Below, piece after piece: positions 51,501 to 64,000 of a DNA stretch of 64,000 nucleotides (positions are counted from its first letter, which is position 1; each line of letters begins with the position of its first letter). The stretch lies in assembly GCA_043228905.1 (NCBI GenBank), contig JBHGNT010000006.1:8370001-8434000 (forward strand), read 5' to 3'. A program made the translations under genes and the position numbers. The notes below the pieces were generated by a model. The model saw only the letters and a list, made by a program, of their open reading frames with translations. It was not told the DNA's origin and searched no databases. Source of the DNA: Azolla caroliniana. Its lineage: Eukaryota > Plantae > Polypodiophyta.

Positions 51501-52674
51501 TAGAATAGTAGGCATATTTGTCTAGTCTACTTGTAGGCATATAGCATTTCACCTAAATTCATCTGAGCTCATAACTTCCTTCTAGAATATAATGCTCTTA
51601 CTTCAATTGAAGCTTTTTCCATTAACATATAATAGCCATTTAGATATGTAGTGTAACCAGCTACCAAACCTTTCCATTAGCAGCAATTGGCAACACTTCA
51701 GCTCAAACAGTGTTGGGAATCTCATCGCAATTGATGTCAAAACTTAAAACAAACCAAACCTCGAAAAATCTTTGTAATCAAAATCGCCTGAGTCATAACC
51801 TTTTTAGCTAAAATTGTTTTAGCGAAACCGTTTAAGAGATCATCAAATCTAAACGATTTAAACCATAACCCTTTCATAAATCTCAAGAGTGTATTAGAGC
51901 TTACGATTTTAATATTAACTTCTAATGTCAAATGATCCTTTAAGCCATGTAAGCCATGATTTCAAATTTGATAAACTGTAAACCATGAAGCAAATATACT
52001 TTCAAACTGTTAACTCCCCAGGTCAAACTAAACCCAAACGAAATTGTTTTCCCAGTTTTGGATCTTGAACCAAACCATTTAAGCTGTAAGCCATTAACTT
52101 GCATCCACAGTTGGTTTTGGCCTAAAACCAACCCTAGCCAATTTCTTTAACCATGGGTCTGGACCCCAGGCTAAATTAAATGAGATGTGTGACCCTTTTG
52201 AGCAATCTTCCTTCTTCAGGTTTGGGAGCTTTGTCTTTTTTGTGTACAGTGAGTGAATATACACAAAGATGGGACTTTTTGTACTTAATTAATTGTTCCT
52301 TCAACTTTTGGGGGTTTGTATATTTCTTACTTTATAATTTATAACAACCTTTCTGTATGATTGAATTGGCATGTTTTCAAATTGAATTACTGAATGTGTG
52401 CATAATGGATTATATTTAACATATTCTGTTCTTTGAAATTTTTTCATAAAACTTAAATCTTGAAAGTGTATGACATTCAGGAGAAAACAACTCAAAGAGT
52501 TCCCAATATAAGTCTTCCAATTACTTCCGAAGAACACAGAAAAGATGAGGTATGCATTTTTTGTTAATAAAGGTTGTATTAATGTGGTCATAGGAATATC
52601 TTGAACAATTTTACTGATCATTATTTTGTCTAACGAAGAGCTACTAACTATTTTTGGGTTCACAGGGTGTTTAA
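48520..52674 (+). CDS. SRO: RCD1/SRO-family protein (WWE, PARP-like, RST); exons 48520-49721, 50274-50515, 50616-50728, 50836-51027, 51135-51230 and probably 52666-52674
   Basis: WWE (NFHKSGPPSRMMFY..WKDF..RSVAWLDVNGKCFFP), PARP (YAWHGTS, YGVGVYLAP, LCRAIMGNME, YIIWSTHMNTHVLPEYIVSFK), RST (PRSPSMSFPMLF..LIKVVRQIAGDHLL). GT-AG phases are consistent. The last exon is inferred from a TACTAAC branch point and cacag acceptor. Confidence 0.92.
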
Positions 52675-55425
52675 AGTTGGTAACAACTGGATTTGAACTT
52701 AGGTCAGAGCTATTTATTGTATACCTTTTGAATGTCACGCTCCATCATCCTGAGTCTCAACACATTTGAGACAATTTTTCCTTTAAAGGCTTTCAATGGG
52801 AAAATGTATTTATGAAGGTCTTTGTTAGCTAGTTAGGTAACAAAACGTAATTTTTTAATGGGTATAGTCTACTTGTCCGATGCTGTTTGTTGAAGGACGT
52901 AGTTTTTGGTTTGTTACACAATAAACATTTATTTTTGTTCGTTTTAGTTTTGTGTTTGAAAATTCAACATTTTTGATATATTAACTTGTACAAAAGCTCT
53001 GCACTGAGCAAATCTTTATGGCAATCGAGAATAGTTATTGTAATCAATGAAACAATATTTTTAAAACATTCTCGGTAGTTGAGACCATCTCCCCTCTTGA
53101 TAAACAGTCTCTTTGAGAGAGAAAGAGAGTGAGGAGTAAGCATGGTCTGAAATAATCTCTAGCATGTGAGATATTCGAAGTACTGTTGTGACATAGTTTT
53201 GTGTGCTTTACGGAGGGACATGCTATGTGCATAGGATCTTATTTTAGCATTATAATTTACAGCAGTTAATCACAAAACATGTATTTTTAATTTCCGTGCC
53301 TAAAACTGATTTTGGTATGTTAGCTGTAATTGTGATAGTGGAAGAGAACAATGAGGTCTTTCGAAAGGCCTAGTGAAGAAATGCAAATTCCTATCAAAAG
53401 AGATATATGTTAGCTTTGGTGTTGCATGATAGGGAAGAGTTGCTATGAAACTTTCAACTTACAGCTTGATATTGGCTTGCGACAATTATTGTATCCTGGT
53501 TTTGAGTTTTTGAGATGAACTAGATTAAATGAAATGTACGAGTCATGAGCATCAAAACATACATGGCAAGAAACATAATACCAATGTTTTATGAGTAAAT
53601 GTAATGCATGGAAAGCATCACAAGACACGTGACATGAAACATGTGTCCTTGGGAAAAGATGTATGGAAATTTCCACCTGATTTTCCAGAGGCAATTGTTA
53701 TATCCTGATAGATTTTTCAAGATGAAACTGATGAAATGCAATGCATAAGGTATAAACATCACAACATACATGACAAGAAAGATGTGTCCTTCAAAAAAGA
53801 ATCTTCCAAATATAAATTGTATTAAATGTGGATGATTGCATCATCTGAAAGAAAATTGGTACACGTGCTCTCCATGATAATTGTGATATCTTCAAAATTG
53901 TAGGTTTCTCAAATGCTATGCACATCACGTTTTGTGTTCATGCAAAGTCTGGATCTTTCTTTTCATGAATTACTCCACATAGACAATAAGTATAAAACCA
54001 ATATCTTTTATTGACAAAATTCCACATAGACTAAGTATAAAAAGTCAAACGAGAATGGAAAAGGTTTTGCAGAAACGGACTTGGAAGAGTGAAGGGAGAG
54101 GAGAGGGTAAGGGTAAGAGAAGAAAAGGTATGCATTCAATACTGGCCACTAATTTGCTAGCATTTTTGCTCATACTTGTAGGATATTCTAAAAGCACAAT
54201 AGATACGTTAGATTTGTATGTTTGACGCCAGTCTCTATGTGAGAAAACTGGCAATTAATGGGTTGTCCCACACATACTTTTCTATTTTAAGAGTCAAATT
54301 CAACTTGAAACCAATTTCCAATTGCTCGTATTTCAAGCATAAAACATACACTAGATTAATCTGTATAACTTAAGTCTCTGTACAAGAAAAACAGGTACTT
54401 GATGGTGATCAGCTTTCTAACCTACAGATACTTTTCCATTTGGCTAAGAGTTGATTCAACATGAAACCAAGTTCCAACCAATTCCACAAACTACCCAACT
54501 CTATCACTCCCACTTAAGCTTCTCCTAGCATTAAATTGTGCCACTTCTTTACATTCTGCTAAGTTCCTCACCACAGATTTAGTTTCCACAAATACATTAT
54601 GAAGATTGAAACATCCATATATTCACACTTGCCATGATTCATGGCAACTAAGATCTCTAGGCATATTTAAGATAATGGGACAAATAATTGTTCCAAATTG
54701 ATACAATATTACTGCAAGATGGGCTATTAGGAACAATAAAATAAAAAACACAAAATTTGGCCCATGGGCAAAGTCTCTAAAGGAGCCCAAATGCAAACTT
54801 TGATCCAATCACCAAAGAAAATATTGAACATGACTCCTCTTTGCCTGCCATATATGTATTGCTGCTCCTCAAATGTCACTGATTTTGCCTCTCAATCCAC
54901 CAGACTACAAAAACCTCAAAGAAGGTTTGTCACATTGTCTTTGAAATCTGTTCCCAATCAAATAACAAAGATCATCATTAATCTATTCCCTAAACAACAT
55001 TACATATTTGAATATCAACTCAGACCATCGATCTGAACCTTTTGACCCAAGAAACAGAGACCTTATAATCGAAGTACTTTTCTCTTTCACACTAGCACTC
55101 TAAATTATACTTATAAATTATTTAAAAATATCATTTGTCCTTCTCTAGATGAAGTTTGTATACCCCTTGATAACTTGTTTATCATGCAATTCTAGTCGTA
55201 GAAAAGTAGATAAATGGTAGTGATGACTGGACAAAAGACATAATCACAAACATCTGAATAGTGGGTATTACCAAAGGAACACACTGCTGATTATATCATT
55301 TAGCTGTTTGTATCCTGCAGATTCAACAATATAGCTATCTTAATAAAAGTAATAAGGATGCATCGCTGAGAGATTCTGCACCCAAATACTGCATTACCTA
55401 CATTGATCTCCATTATAAGATGCTA

Positions 55426-58400
55426 CTAGCTTCGTTCCTCACTAAAAGTCATCTGAGAGTATCTGCCAAGAAATACCAAAATTTAATTGGTGGATGGTTT
55501 CAATAAATAACAGAGATGGTCTTTATACTCTCTTTTTTACCTCTTCCGTTGCTGTCCCAGGTCTTCTGGTTCTGTTACAAAACAATACATTTCATAAGAA
55601 TAGACTTATGTTTCATGTTTAATGTATTGCATAGCGTAGACTGAAGTTCCAAAGTACTAGTTACCTGTCCTTGCAGGGGGTTTAAATGAAGCACTAGGAC
55701 CTGTCTTTGCACCAGCTGGTTCCCTTTAGAACACAAGTTTTAGTAAGGCGTGTTTTTCTCTACTGACACTGACACATCTTACATGAATGGTAAACATTGC
55801 CCTTACCCTGGGATTGAAAAGGCATATTTTTCTCTACTGACACATACTTGCATGAATGACAATGATTGCCCTTACCCGCGAATAGAAAAGGAGGAAGATT
55901 GAGATGTTTGTGCTGTATAATAGACACCTGCTGAGCTTCCATCAACAGAAATATATGGAGAGCTGTAATTTGAGCCTACAGACCCACCAGCTAGTATTGG
56001 AATCCTGAAGACAAAGTAAATGTTATGGTAACAGACCCCACTCACCTGATAATTTATGCTCAAATAATTTGATGCTTTTTAGAGAATTTTTTTTAAAAAT
56101 CATTTTAATATTCTGAAACATCAAGATTGCAATTACTGGTTTCTAGACAATTGAGAGTATCTTTGGGCCAATGAAACTAAGAGTTGGGTCGATGGAACTA
56201 GGATTTTAGTAATGCAGATGGTAGTCGAGATAAACCCTCCCTCTTTCTCTCTCTCTGGATTTGAGAATCTTACTAGTATAGATGACGAAATTCTTTAGTC
56301 ACATCTTAGTCTATTTCGATTTATTTTTTTATTAGTTACATTTATTTATTTTGGTTTGTAGTTACTCAAAGATGAGAACATTTTAAGAGGTAATCTCTTG
56401 TTTGATCTTATTGGTCATTTTAGGCCCTTAAAAGACCTCTCTCTCTCATGTGAGATGGGGCGTTCGAGCACAAGTGATGAGAGTGTTCGACTATGCACAC
56501 TTTGCCCTAAACAAGTTCGAGAGTCTGAGTATCACACTTTCATACCATGCTCTGCCTTTGATCATAGTCGACCATGCTTTCAACACAACGAATTCCGGTC
56601 ACAACTACAATGTGCACTCTCGATTGCAACATTCATTGGTAAAATTCTTGAACATCGTGAGTCGCTACTCACTTTCACATGTATCACGTGAAAGGTAATA
56701 TTTTTGGTCTCATAGGTCATATTCGACCTCCAAAGACAATAATAGAATCTATCGATCTATTTATCTATCTTAGAGGCAGCCAAAGATAGACTAACAAGAG
56801 GATATGCATCCCTCTCACTCTAAGAGAGACAATGCCACCAAGCATACTTTCAAGAGCCAAGAACTAAGGGGTGGCTCTTCGATTCACTAGTGACCCCTTC
56901 CCTCATATATGCATCAGTGGTTTGGGCTCCATGGCTACCACCTTTCATGTGGGCACAATTAGAGAGACCATTGATGATGATGCTATCACGTCAACTCCGA
57001 AGCAAATCGACAATGCCACATGACATCATTAGAGCAGAGTTCATTTTACCCCTAATTCTACTAGAAGCACTTTTTCAACTTGTAGTTTTTATTAATAAGA
57101 TACATAGCCAATCACAAGATAGGATATCTCATCAAGCTTTTGAGGCATCTCGATCACTCTATGAGTCTAGCAATACTAGCTCTTGGTATAGCACTGTGGT
57201 AAGGTAGCTTTTTGCAAATGGCATAGACATTAATAACCTACCTCCTCTTAGGTACAACCACGAGACTGGTAGAACTTAGAGTATCCTCTCACCAACTTGA
57301 GGTTGAGAATGGTTGTGCTAATGGGGTTCCCATAGAGGACAGGAGATGTAGATTATGTCACATAGAAGTAGAGGATGAGTATCACTTTACATGCAATTGT
57401 CCAGCTTACATATACTAGGAACCTCTCCCACCCTCTCCAAACTATTAGATACCCCAAATACTAGGTAGATATATCTTAGAGCTAAAACAACATAAAGAGA
57501 ATACGCTACAAAATGCTAATGATAACCTTTCTAATATTCACCAACATGTAACCAATGAATCTTTTTTGTGACAGGAGGGGATGACAAGCGTGGACACACC
57601 TGCACCACTCGACCTCTCCCTCGCTGAAGCAAAAAACCAAAGAACAACCAAACGCCCTCAGATGTTGAGCCTTAAAGTCACTCGTTGTGTAGAAGCAATT
57701 AAGAAGACAAGGGAACGTGAGTTACACTGCCTAGAAGCTATGGTCAAGGTACCTTTTACATCAAGACCATAGGCCACACCCACATCAAAACCCTTTGACC
57801 TCCCGCTCCTTTTTGAGAGACTTTGATGGAAGTGAACCTAGGCCTAGCACATTGCCATTTCCTTTATAGAATATGTTACACTATAATGCCTTTTGTAAAA
57901 TATTAGAACTCTTTTATCTATGTTTATTTTATTTTTATTTTCAATGATCGGGTACACATCCCATTTTGTTGTAACCAATTGTCTCATGGGCCAAATTTGG
58001 TCTTAGAAGATGTTAATCTCTCTCTCTCTGGTCAAAGTCACAAAGTTGAGAGAACCTAGGTTCAATCCTTGCCATAGCTTAGGCCTTGTCTCATACATCA
58101 CAATCGGTCTCCCATGGATGTTACAAAGATATCTATCTATCTACCTACCTACCTATCTATCAATCTCTATCTCTATCTCAAGAAACTACAAAATCCTAGT
58201 TTCATAGACCAAGTTGTGACATATCATAATAGGAAAGTACAAGAATTTCTTATTTTAGAAGTATAAGCCAAGTTCTAGAATGTTAAAGAAAAAAGAAACG
58301 TTTATGCAAGCTTCTAATCTTAGTTTCAATGGTAAAGTTAGGATCGAAGGTCTACATCGATAGAACTTAAAATATGTTGGGGTTACTGCTGTCATATATG

Positions 58401-61400
58401 CGGTAATCTATGTTATTGACCACAGATTTCACATACAATGTGTAACAAACCTCTTTCAATAATAGGAAATCAATGCATCTGAGATGCAGAGACATATCTA
58501 CGGAGCCAGTCGTGTGCAGCTCTTTTTTTAATGACTGGATTGAAGTTGCATTTGGGCTGCTTCTTTAAAGGCATTGCGTATGGGTCCATCTCGTGGTAAA
58601 TTTCACATAAAATGTGTAACAAACCTCTTTCTCTGCAATGAATTTTTGGAGTACAAATCTCTATGTTATTGAGTACAGATTTCACATACAATGTGTAACA
58701 AACCTCTTTCAATAATAGGCGTTGATAGAATTTTTGGAGTTTGGATTCATGAGGTTTTTGGTGCATCCGAGATGCAGAAACATATCTACAGAGTCAGTCG
58801 TGTGCAGCTCTTTTTTTAGTGACTTGGATTGAAGTTGCATTTGGGTTCCTTTAAAGGCATCACATATGGGCCCATCTCGTGGTAAATTTAGACCAACTAC
58901 TTGTTCCATTATCCTTAAATATGCCTAATGATCCAACCTGCTATGCTGTTTCAATCTTCATGACATATATTTCGGAAACTATATTTTATTTAGTGAGAGT
59001 ATGAGGACTGTCTGGAATGAAGGGAATATTGCATATCTATTACCTATACATCACAATTTCTTTTCATGTCTAAAAAATTAAGCTCGTGTTTACTTATGAT
59101 GCATGGAAAATGCCATATTTTAGTGCTAAACTAAGCACAGAAACCAGCAACGGTGCTTTGGATACTGCAGAGAATTAGAGGGGTACTTTGAGAGACACTA
59201 ACCATGTTACTTCAGAATTTTGGAAACCAAATTGAGTCTGGTTTGAATATCCTGGCAATGCCATTTGAACCCCAATACCAGGTTGTGGCTGACCAGGAAA
59301 CTGTATACCTGCCAGCGCCAACAACAATCAATTTCAAAAATCCCATAACTAAGTTGAGACAATATACTAAATTGATTAAGTAGCCTTGATTAATGGTACA
59401 TTCAATCAAGGTACATTCTGAAGAGAAGCCTACCATTCCGCAAACCATTTGTCAAAGAGCTACCACCATATACAAATGTGCCCCTTCCAGCTTGTACAGT
59501 GGTTGCCAGTGTACCTCCACTCTTGTTTATTACTGATCCAGGTGCAGACTTCACATCAGCGACTGAGATAGTGGACCGCAAAGCAGACTGTTGTGTTTGC
59601 TCTGGCTCACCCTGGCCCTGGGAAGCCTGAACTTGACTTATTCTCTGAAGTTGTTGAAGTCCATGCTGCACATGCGTAGAGCGAGTGGGAGGTGCAGTTC
59701 CTCTATTTGGCTGAGGAGCTGAAGATACTTGAGCTTGCTCTATCAAATGTTTTGTGCTTACAGACCTATCTTGGTGAAGCATAGGGCGAGGTCCCGTAAT
59801 TATTAACTGCTGCTGCATTGTACTGGGAGCTCGAGCTGCATTTCTATCGACATCACTGTGTGATTGTGCTTCTGTATTTGAGGCGAGTCCAAGATTTGTG
59901 AGATCGCCAGGATTAGAAGATGATCTCAATGGACCAGGTGCTATCCCTTTTTCCATGCCATTGTTTGATGTACTAACCACTTTACTTATAGGTGTAGCAT
60001 CCTTCTCAAATACTTTATCATCAGCTCCCTTGTTTGACCTAGAAAGAACTCCATCAAGATTATGAGATTTAGCTCCAGTTGGGAAAAATGGAGGTGATGC
60101 AGAATTCAGTATGGAGCTTGTTGTAGGTTTCTTTGATGCAGATTCTTGAAATTTATATATATTCTGCAATGCTGGTGGCTTCAAAGCTGTGGCAATAGTA
60201 CGATTTTCACAGGATGATGAAGGCAAACTATACAATGAAAATGATTTAGGAATCAGTATGTTGCTCAATTACATTAAGAACATCAATAGTCAAACATAAG
60301 ATATGGTACTACTTACACTCGGTTGCCTGCTGATCGGGACTCTTTAAACTCATAATCATCCATCTTGGCTCTCCTCAGACCCCGTCCTCTTCCATGTCCA
60401 TTGCGAGATATAAACTGGGGAGCAGTATCCTCTGTCATTTGCTCTTTACTGCCTCTGCTTCTGGCATGCATAGAGGCCCTGCCTTTACCCTGAACTCTTC
60501 CTTGGCGGCCTCTTCCACGTCTACCTCTTGCATCCTATACACGAAAATCAATTACCAACACATAATCCTCATTGAAATATACTAACTATGGTCTATCTTT
60601 AGGTGCCTCTCTAGGCTACCAAATATGTATTTATCACCATTAAATTTTGAAAAAGCCATCGAAAATCATATATCCCATCTGATAATAAAATGATTGATGC
60701 ATTACATAGAAGTAAGAAAACCTGTCCATAATAGTTATCCTCACGTAATTTCAGTTCTTCAAATCGATCATGTAGCCAAGGCTTCTCATCTTTAGCCTCC
60801 CATAGCTTCCTTCCTCCAGCATTGCGCCTGACATTATACAATCAAGACCCAAATTAAAACCCAAATTTAATGACCATTGTTATGGTACAGGTATGGTGAC
60901 TTCCTCATTGTAGACCCTTGTCACTTGTATTGTTTTTAATGGCATACCACATGATCTCAACATTATGATACACATAGCTTTCTATTCATATATTATATTT
61001 CTGACACAACAGACTTGCTCCCTTCTTGCATGTCCACATAGCCTAGTTTCCAGAAACAGTGTCTGATTTTAGATGAATTTATTTAACCTATACTCCATGA
61101 TATTATAGTTGCATAGTTATTGCACTTTGAAGACATTTTGTGGCTAATCATGAAGTTGCATATATTGCTATCTTGTTTTTAAGCTAGCTGGAAATTACCA
61201 TTTAGTAATGAAATCGTGATGTTCTTTATATATATCATCTAATTCATGGAAATATACTTTTAAAGAAACTATAATACGAAACTGAAATGCTTCCAAATTT
61301 TGGAAACACTGAAAGTTATTTCTTGTGTTTCCTACCTGCCAACTATGGACTAGTATAAGGCTTCAAGCTGAACCAAAAAACTAAAATAACAAGCAATGGA

Positions 61401-63487
61401 TTAGAACCCAATAAATTCTTTGACGCTTGGAAAAAATACAAGAAGATTCTGAGAGTAAATCAAATTCCAATGCACAATAAAGCACAAGCTGATTTGAGAG
61501 AGCTCATGGTGAGGAGCCAGATCAACCAACACAACATGTGGGGAAGGCAGCAACAGAGAGGCTTCATGGATGGAACATGACGATATTCCAAAATCAGGTT
61601 AGGAGGGCATACCAAGAAAAGACAAAGTGAGAATATTAGGGTAGAGTACTCTATATTGATGTATCCTACAACGCTCAGCTTCACCTTATGGCATATATCT
61701 ATGTGTTTTGTCCAAGAGACAAGTGCAATCACCATATCTGATCATGGATTAGGACATTTGGGAGTCCTAAAGGGATGAAGTTGTTGTCGTACACTTTCAT
61801 TTGATGTGAACATACCACTATAACTCTTCCTTTGACAAATGAGAGAAGATGCTGAGACAATAAAAGTTAGAAGAGAGTCTATGCTGAGTAAAACCTGCAA
61901 TATCAAATCTAACTTTATGGAGTACTTCTAAACAATAATCACCATGTCCATATGTTGCTCCAGTTAATCTATGAAGGATGAGAAATACCTCAAATTGTGC
62001 ACATCAATTAAATATTTGTCCTCTTCTAGAGCATGTGATAGGTTTCTAAATCTACAACAGCATAGTTAACCTAATGGAGCACCTAAAACTCGTTTAGTTG
62101 ATCCTTTCTAAAGCATGTGCCTGATTCTAAATCTATGATAGTGAGATACCTACCATTACGCATGTCAATTAAATATTTGTCTCTTTTTAGTTCATGTCAG
62201 GGGTTTCTAAATCTCCAATAGTATATTTAACCTAATTGAGTACTCTAAACAATACTCACTCTGTCGACACCTTGGTCTAGCTATTCTATTGGAGGAGAGA
62301 AATGCCTCAAACTCCTTTCGTTGATCCTTTCTAAATCACGTGCTTGATTACCAAATCTACGATAGTGAGATACCTAAATTTGTGCATGTCGATTAGATAT
62401 TTGTATCTTTCTAGAGCATGTGGTGGGTTTCTATGTCCACAATACCATAGTTAAACTATGGGAGTAGTTTTACGCAATACTCACTCTGTTGATACCTTGG
62501 TCAAGCTACTCTATTGGACAAGTAAAATAACTCAAATTGTTCTAGTTGATCCTTCCTAAACACATGCCTTCTTCCCAAATGTATGATAGCAAATCGTGAT
62601 GTAACAGATTGATCTGACAATAATAACTATAAACATATCTTGGTAAAGCTACGCTATTAGAAGAGTGAAACACCTAAAATTCCTCATGTTGATGAGAGAA
62701 TGATCAATTGTACCTTTTGAAAGCACATGAGCAATTGATCGATTTATAAATCTACAAAAGATTAAACCACACATACAAATTCCACCTAAAGGATACAGTT
62801 TTGCCAACTATAAGCATTCAAGAAAATAGAATAGTAAAGAGCATAGATATTAAATCAGTAACCTCTTTTGAAGATGATTATATGAAACAATAGAATTATT
62901 AGAGATTTCTACCTAGTAGAGTCTAGATTGAATAATCCCCCAAAGAAGTAGCAAATCTAAAATGAGGATCAGACTAAATAGCAGTAACATCTATCAAAGA
63001 GCATCAAGGAGCCATGTACATACCTCGTTCGAGTTACTCCATCAGCACGAAACCTATCGTCATGCATATAGAATGCCCCAGCAGTCGGAACAACAAAAGG
63101 TTCAGCATCTTTCTTCTCCTCTTCGCCCCGATCTTTGTTACTCTCTTTACCTTCCAAAACCCCCGTATCTTCTCGATGAAGCTTCAAAAGCTCTTCACCT
63201 TCACTAAAAACAACTTCATTTATTTCCATGTCATTGTCATGGGCGTACTGATCTTCTCCTTCTTCATCGTCATCTTTGTCATCATCATCTTCTTCTCTAG
63301 GTGGTGCCCCTTGGTTTTCTACTACATCTTCATTATAGTATGAGGTCCTTCTATGCCCATCTTCTTCATCATCACTTCCTGCCCTGCGGCGGAGACCTAA
63401 AGCACTAGTTCCTTCTTCACTATCACTCTCGTATAGTTCTTCTTCCTCAAAATCCTTCACTACTTCCCTCTGTTCATGGGAGTCCAT
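55426..63487 (-). CDS. CASC3: CASC3/Barentsz/MLN51 exon junction complex protein; exons 63487-63024, 60827-60722, 60534-60317, 60227-59434, 59308-59203, 56004-55876, 55723-55665, 55571-55541, 55462-55426
   Basis: EPFVVPTAGAFYMHDDRFR and RKLWEAKDEKPWLHDRFEE (Btz/SELOR domain), RG-rich exon, MALPGY..NSEVTWIPILAG, and C-terminal RYSQMTF as in plant Barentsz. All phases join. Confidence 0.92.
56430..57500 (+). mobile_element. Degenerate non-LTR (RTE/L2-like) ORF2 3' fragments in a CASC3 intron
   Basis: LFDSLVTPSLIYASVVW..IIRAEF; RVSSHQLEVENG..RRCRLCHIEVEDEYHFTCNCPAY; a second CTLC..ESEYH motif at about 56490-56550. Confidence 0.72.
58423..58890. repeat. Intronic tandem duplication with about 250-bp period
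   Basis: ACAGATTTCACATACAATGTGTAACAAACCTCTTTCAATAATAGG..CCATCTCGTGGTAAATTT occurs twice. Confidence 0.85.
61900..62720. repeat. Diverged intronic tandem repeat, about 3-4 units
   Basis: Recurring GTTGATCCTTTCTAAA, GATAGTGAGATACCTA, ATATTTGT..CTAGAGCATGTG and CAATACTCACTCTGT. Confidence 0.65.
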
Positions 63488-63902
63488 AAATTCCTCTGCT
63501 GAATCTTCAAGAACCTACATGTCAATCATCCATGAATTTTTATGGAATGAAACGTTGTCTTCAAGAATTGTCTTTTTTTCATGAATGTTATGCATAAAGA
63601 TTTTTGCTGTTGATCAAGGGCTTCATAGTAAACCCTAATAATCTTAAGAATGCGTTAAAAGAAAAAACTAAACCAAAAACAACAAAAAAAAGGCAACGGA
63701 AAAAGTGAAAAAAGGCTTTTCTTTACCAAACCTGAACGAAGGTCGACGAGAGAGAAAGAGAATTCAATAAGCTAAGCGATGGAGAGTGATGATGAAAGCT
63801 CTCGCATAATATGAGCAAATGTCTCTTGCTTTTTTGCTGTTTTTGTTTTGTGTGTTTCAAGTCTGTCTTCTGTGTGAATAAAACTTAGAAAGGGCAGGCT
63901 GC

Positions 63903-63920
63903 GACTGACTGAGTGAGTGA

Positions 63921-63977
<57 letters not shown>

Positions 63978-64000
63978 TGAGTGAGTGAGTGAGTGTGTGT
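63903..64000. repeat. (GAGT)n/(GT)n/(GA)n compound microsatellite at the CASC3 5' end
   Basis: Directly visible. Confidence 0.95.

Noticed and set aside
51740-52175. AAACCAT-rich intronic stretch as a MITE or telomere-like repeat
   Set aside because: No regular period, TIR or TSD found by eye.

Overview
Eukaryotic, intron-containing plant DNA, probably from a non-seed plant such as a fern (inference from the transposon types and the gene sequences). Positions 1-44800 are a nested transposon block. It holds two back-to-back copies of a DDD-transposase DNA transposon (Sola-like, probably Sola2). The left copy has an uninterrupted two-exon transposase frame whose intron is almost entirely a palindromic AGCTAATTAGCT satellite. 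The block also contains three Ty1/copia elements, a chromovirus fragment, a Ty3/gypsy element carrying insertions nested four levels deep, non-autonomous gypsy derivatives (one encoding a Cys/acidic tandem-repeat ORF), solo LTRs and a Mutator MITE. Positions 47000-64000 hold two convergent host genes: an RCD1/SRO-family WWE-PARP-RST gene (+) with a candidate spliced uORF, and a CASC3/Barentsz exon-junction-complex gene (-) with candidate 3'UTR introns. All coordinates and splice models were read by eye, not computed.
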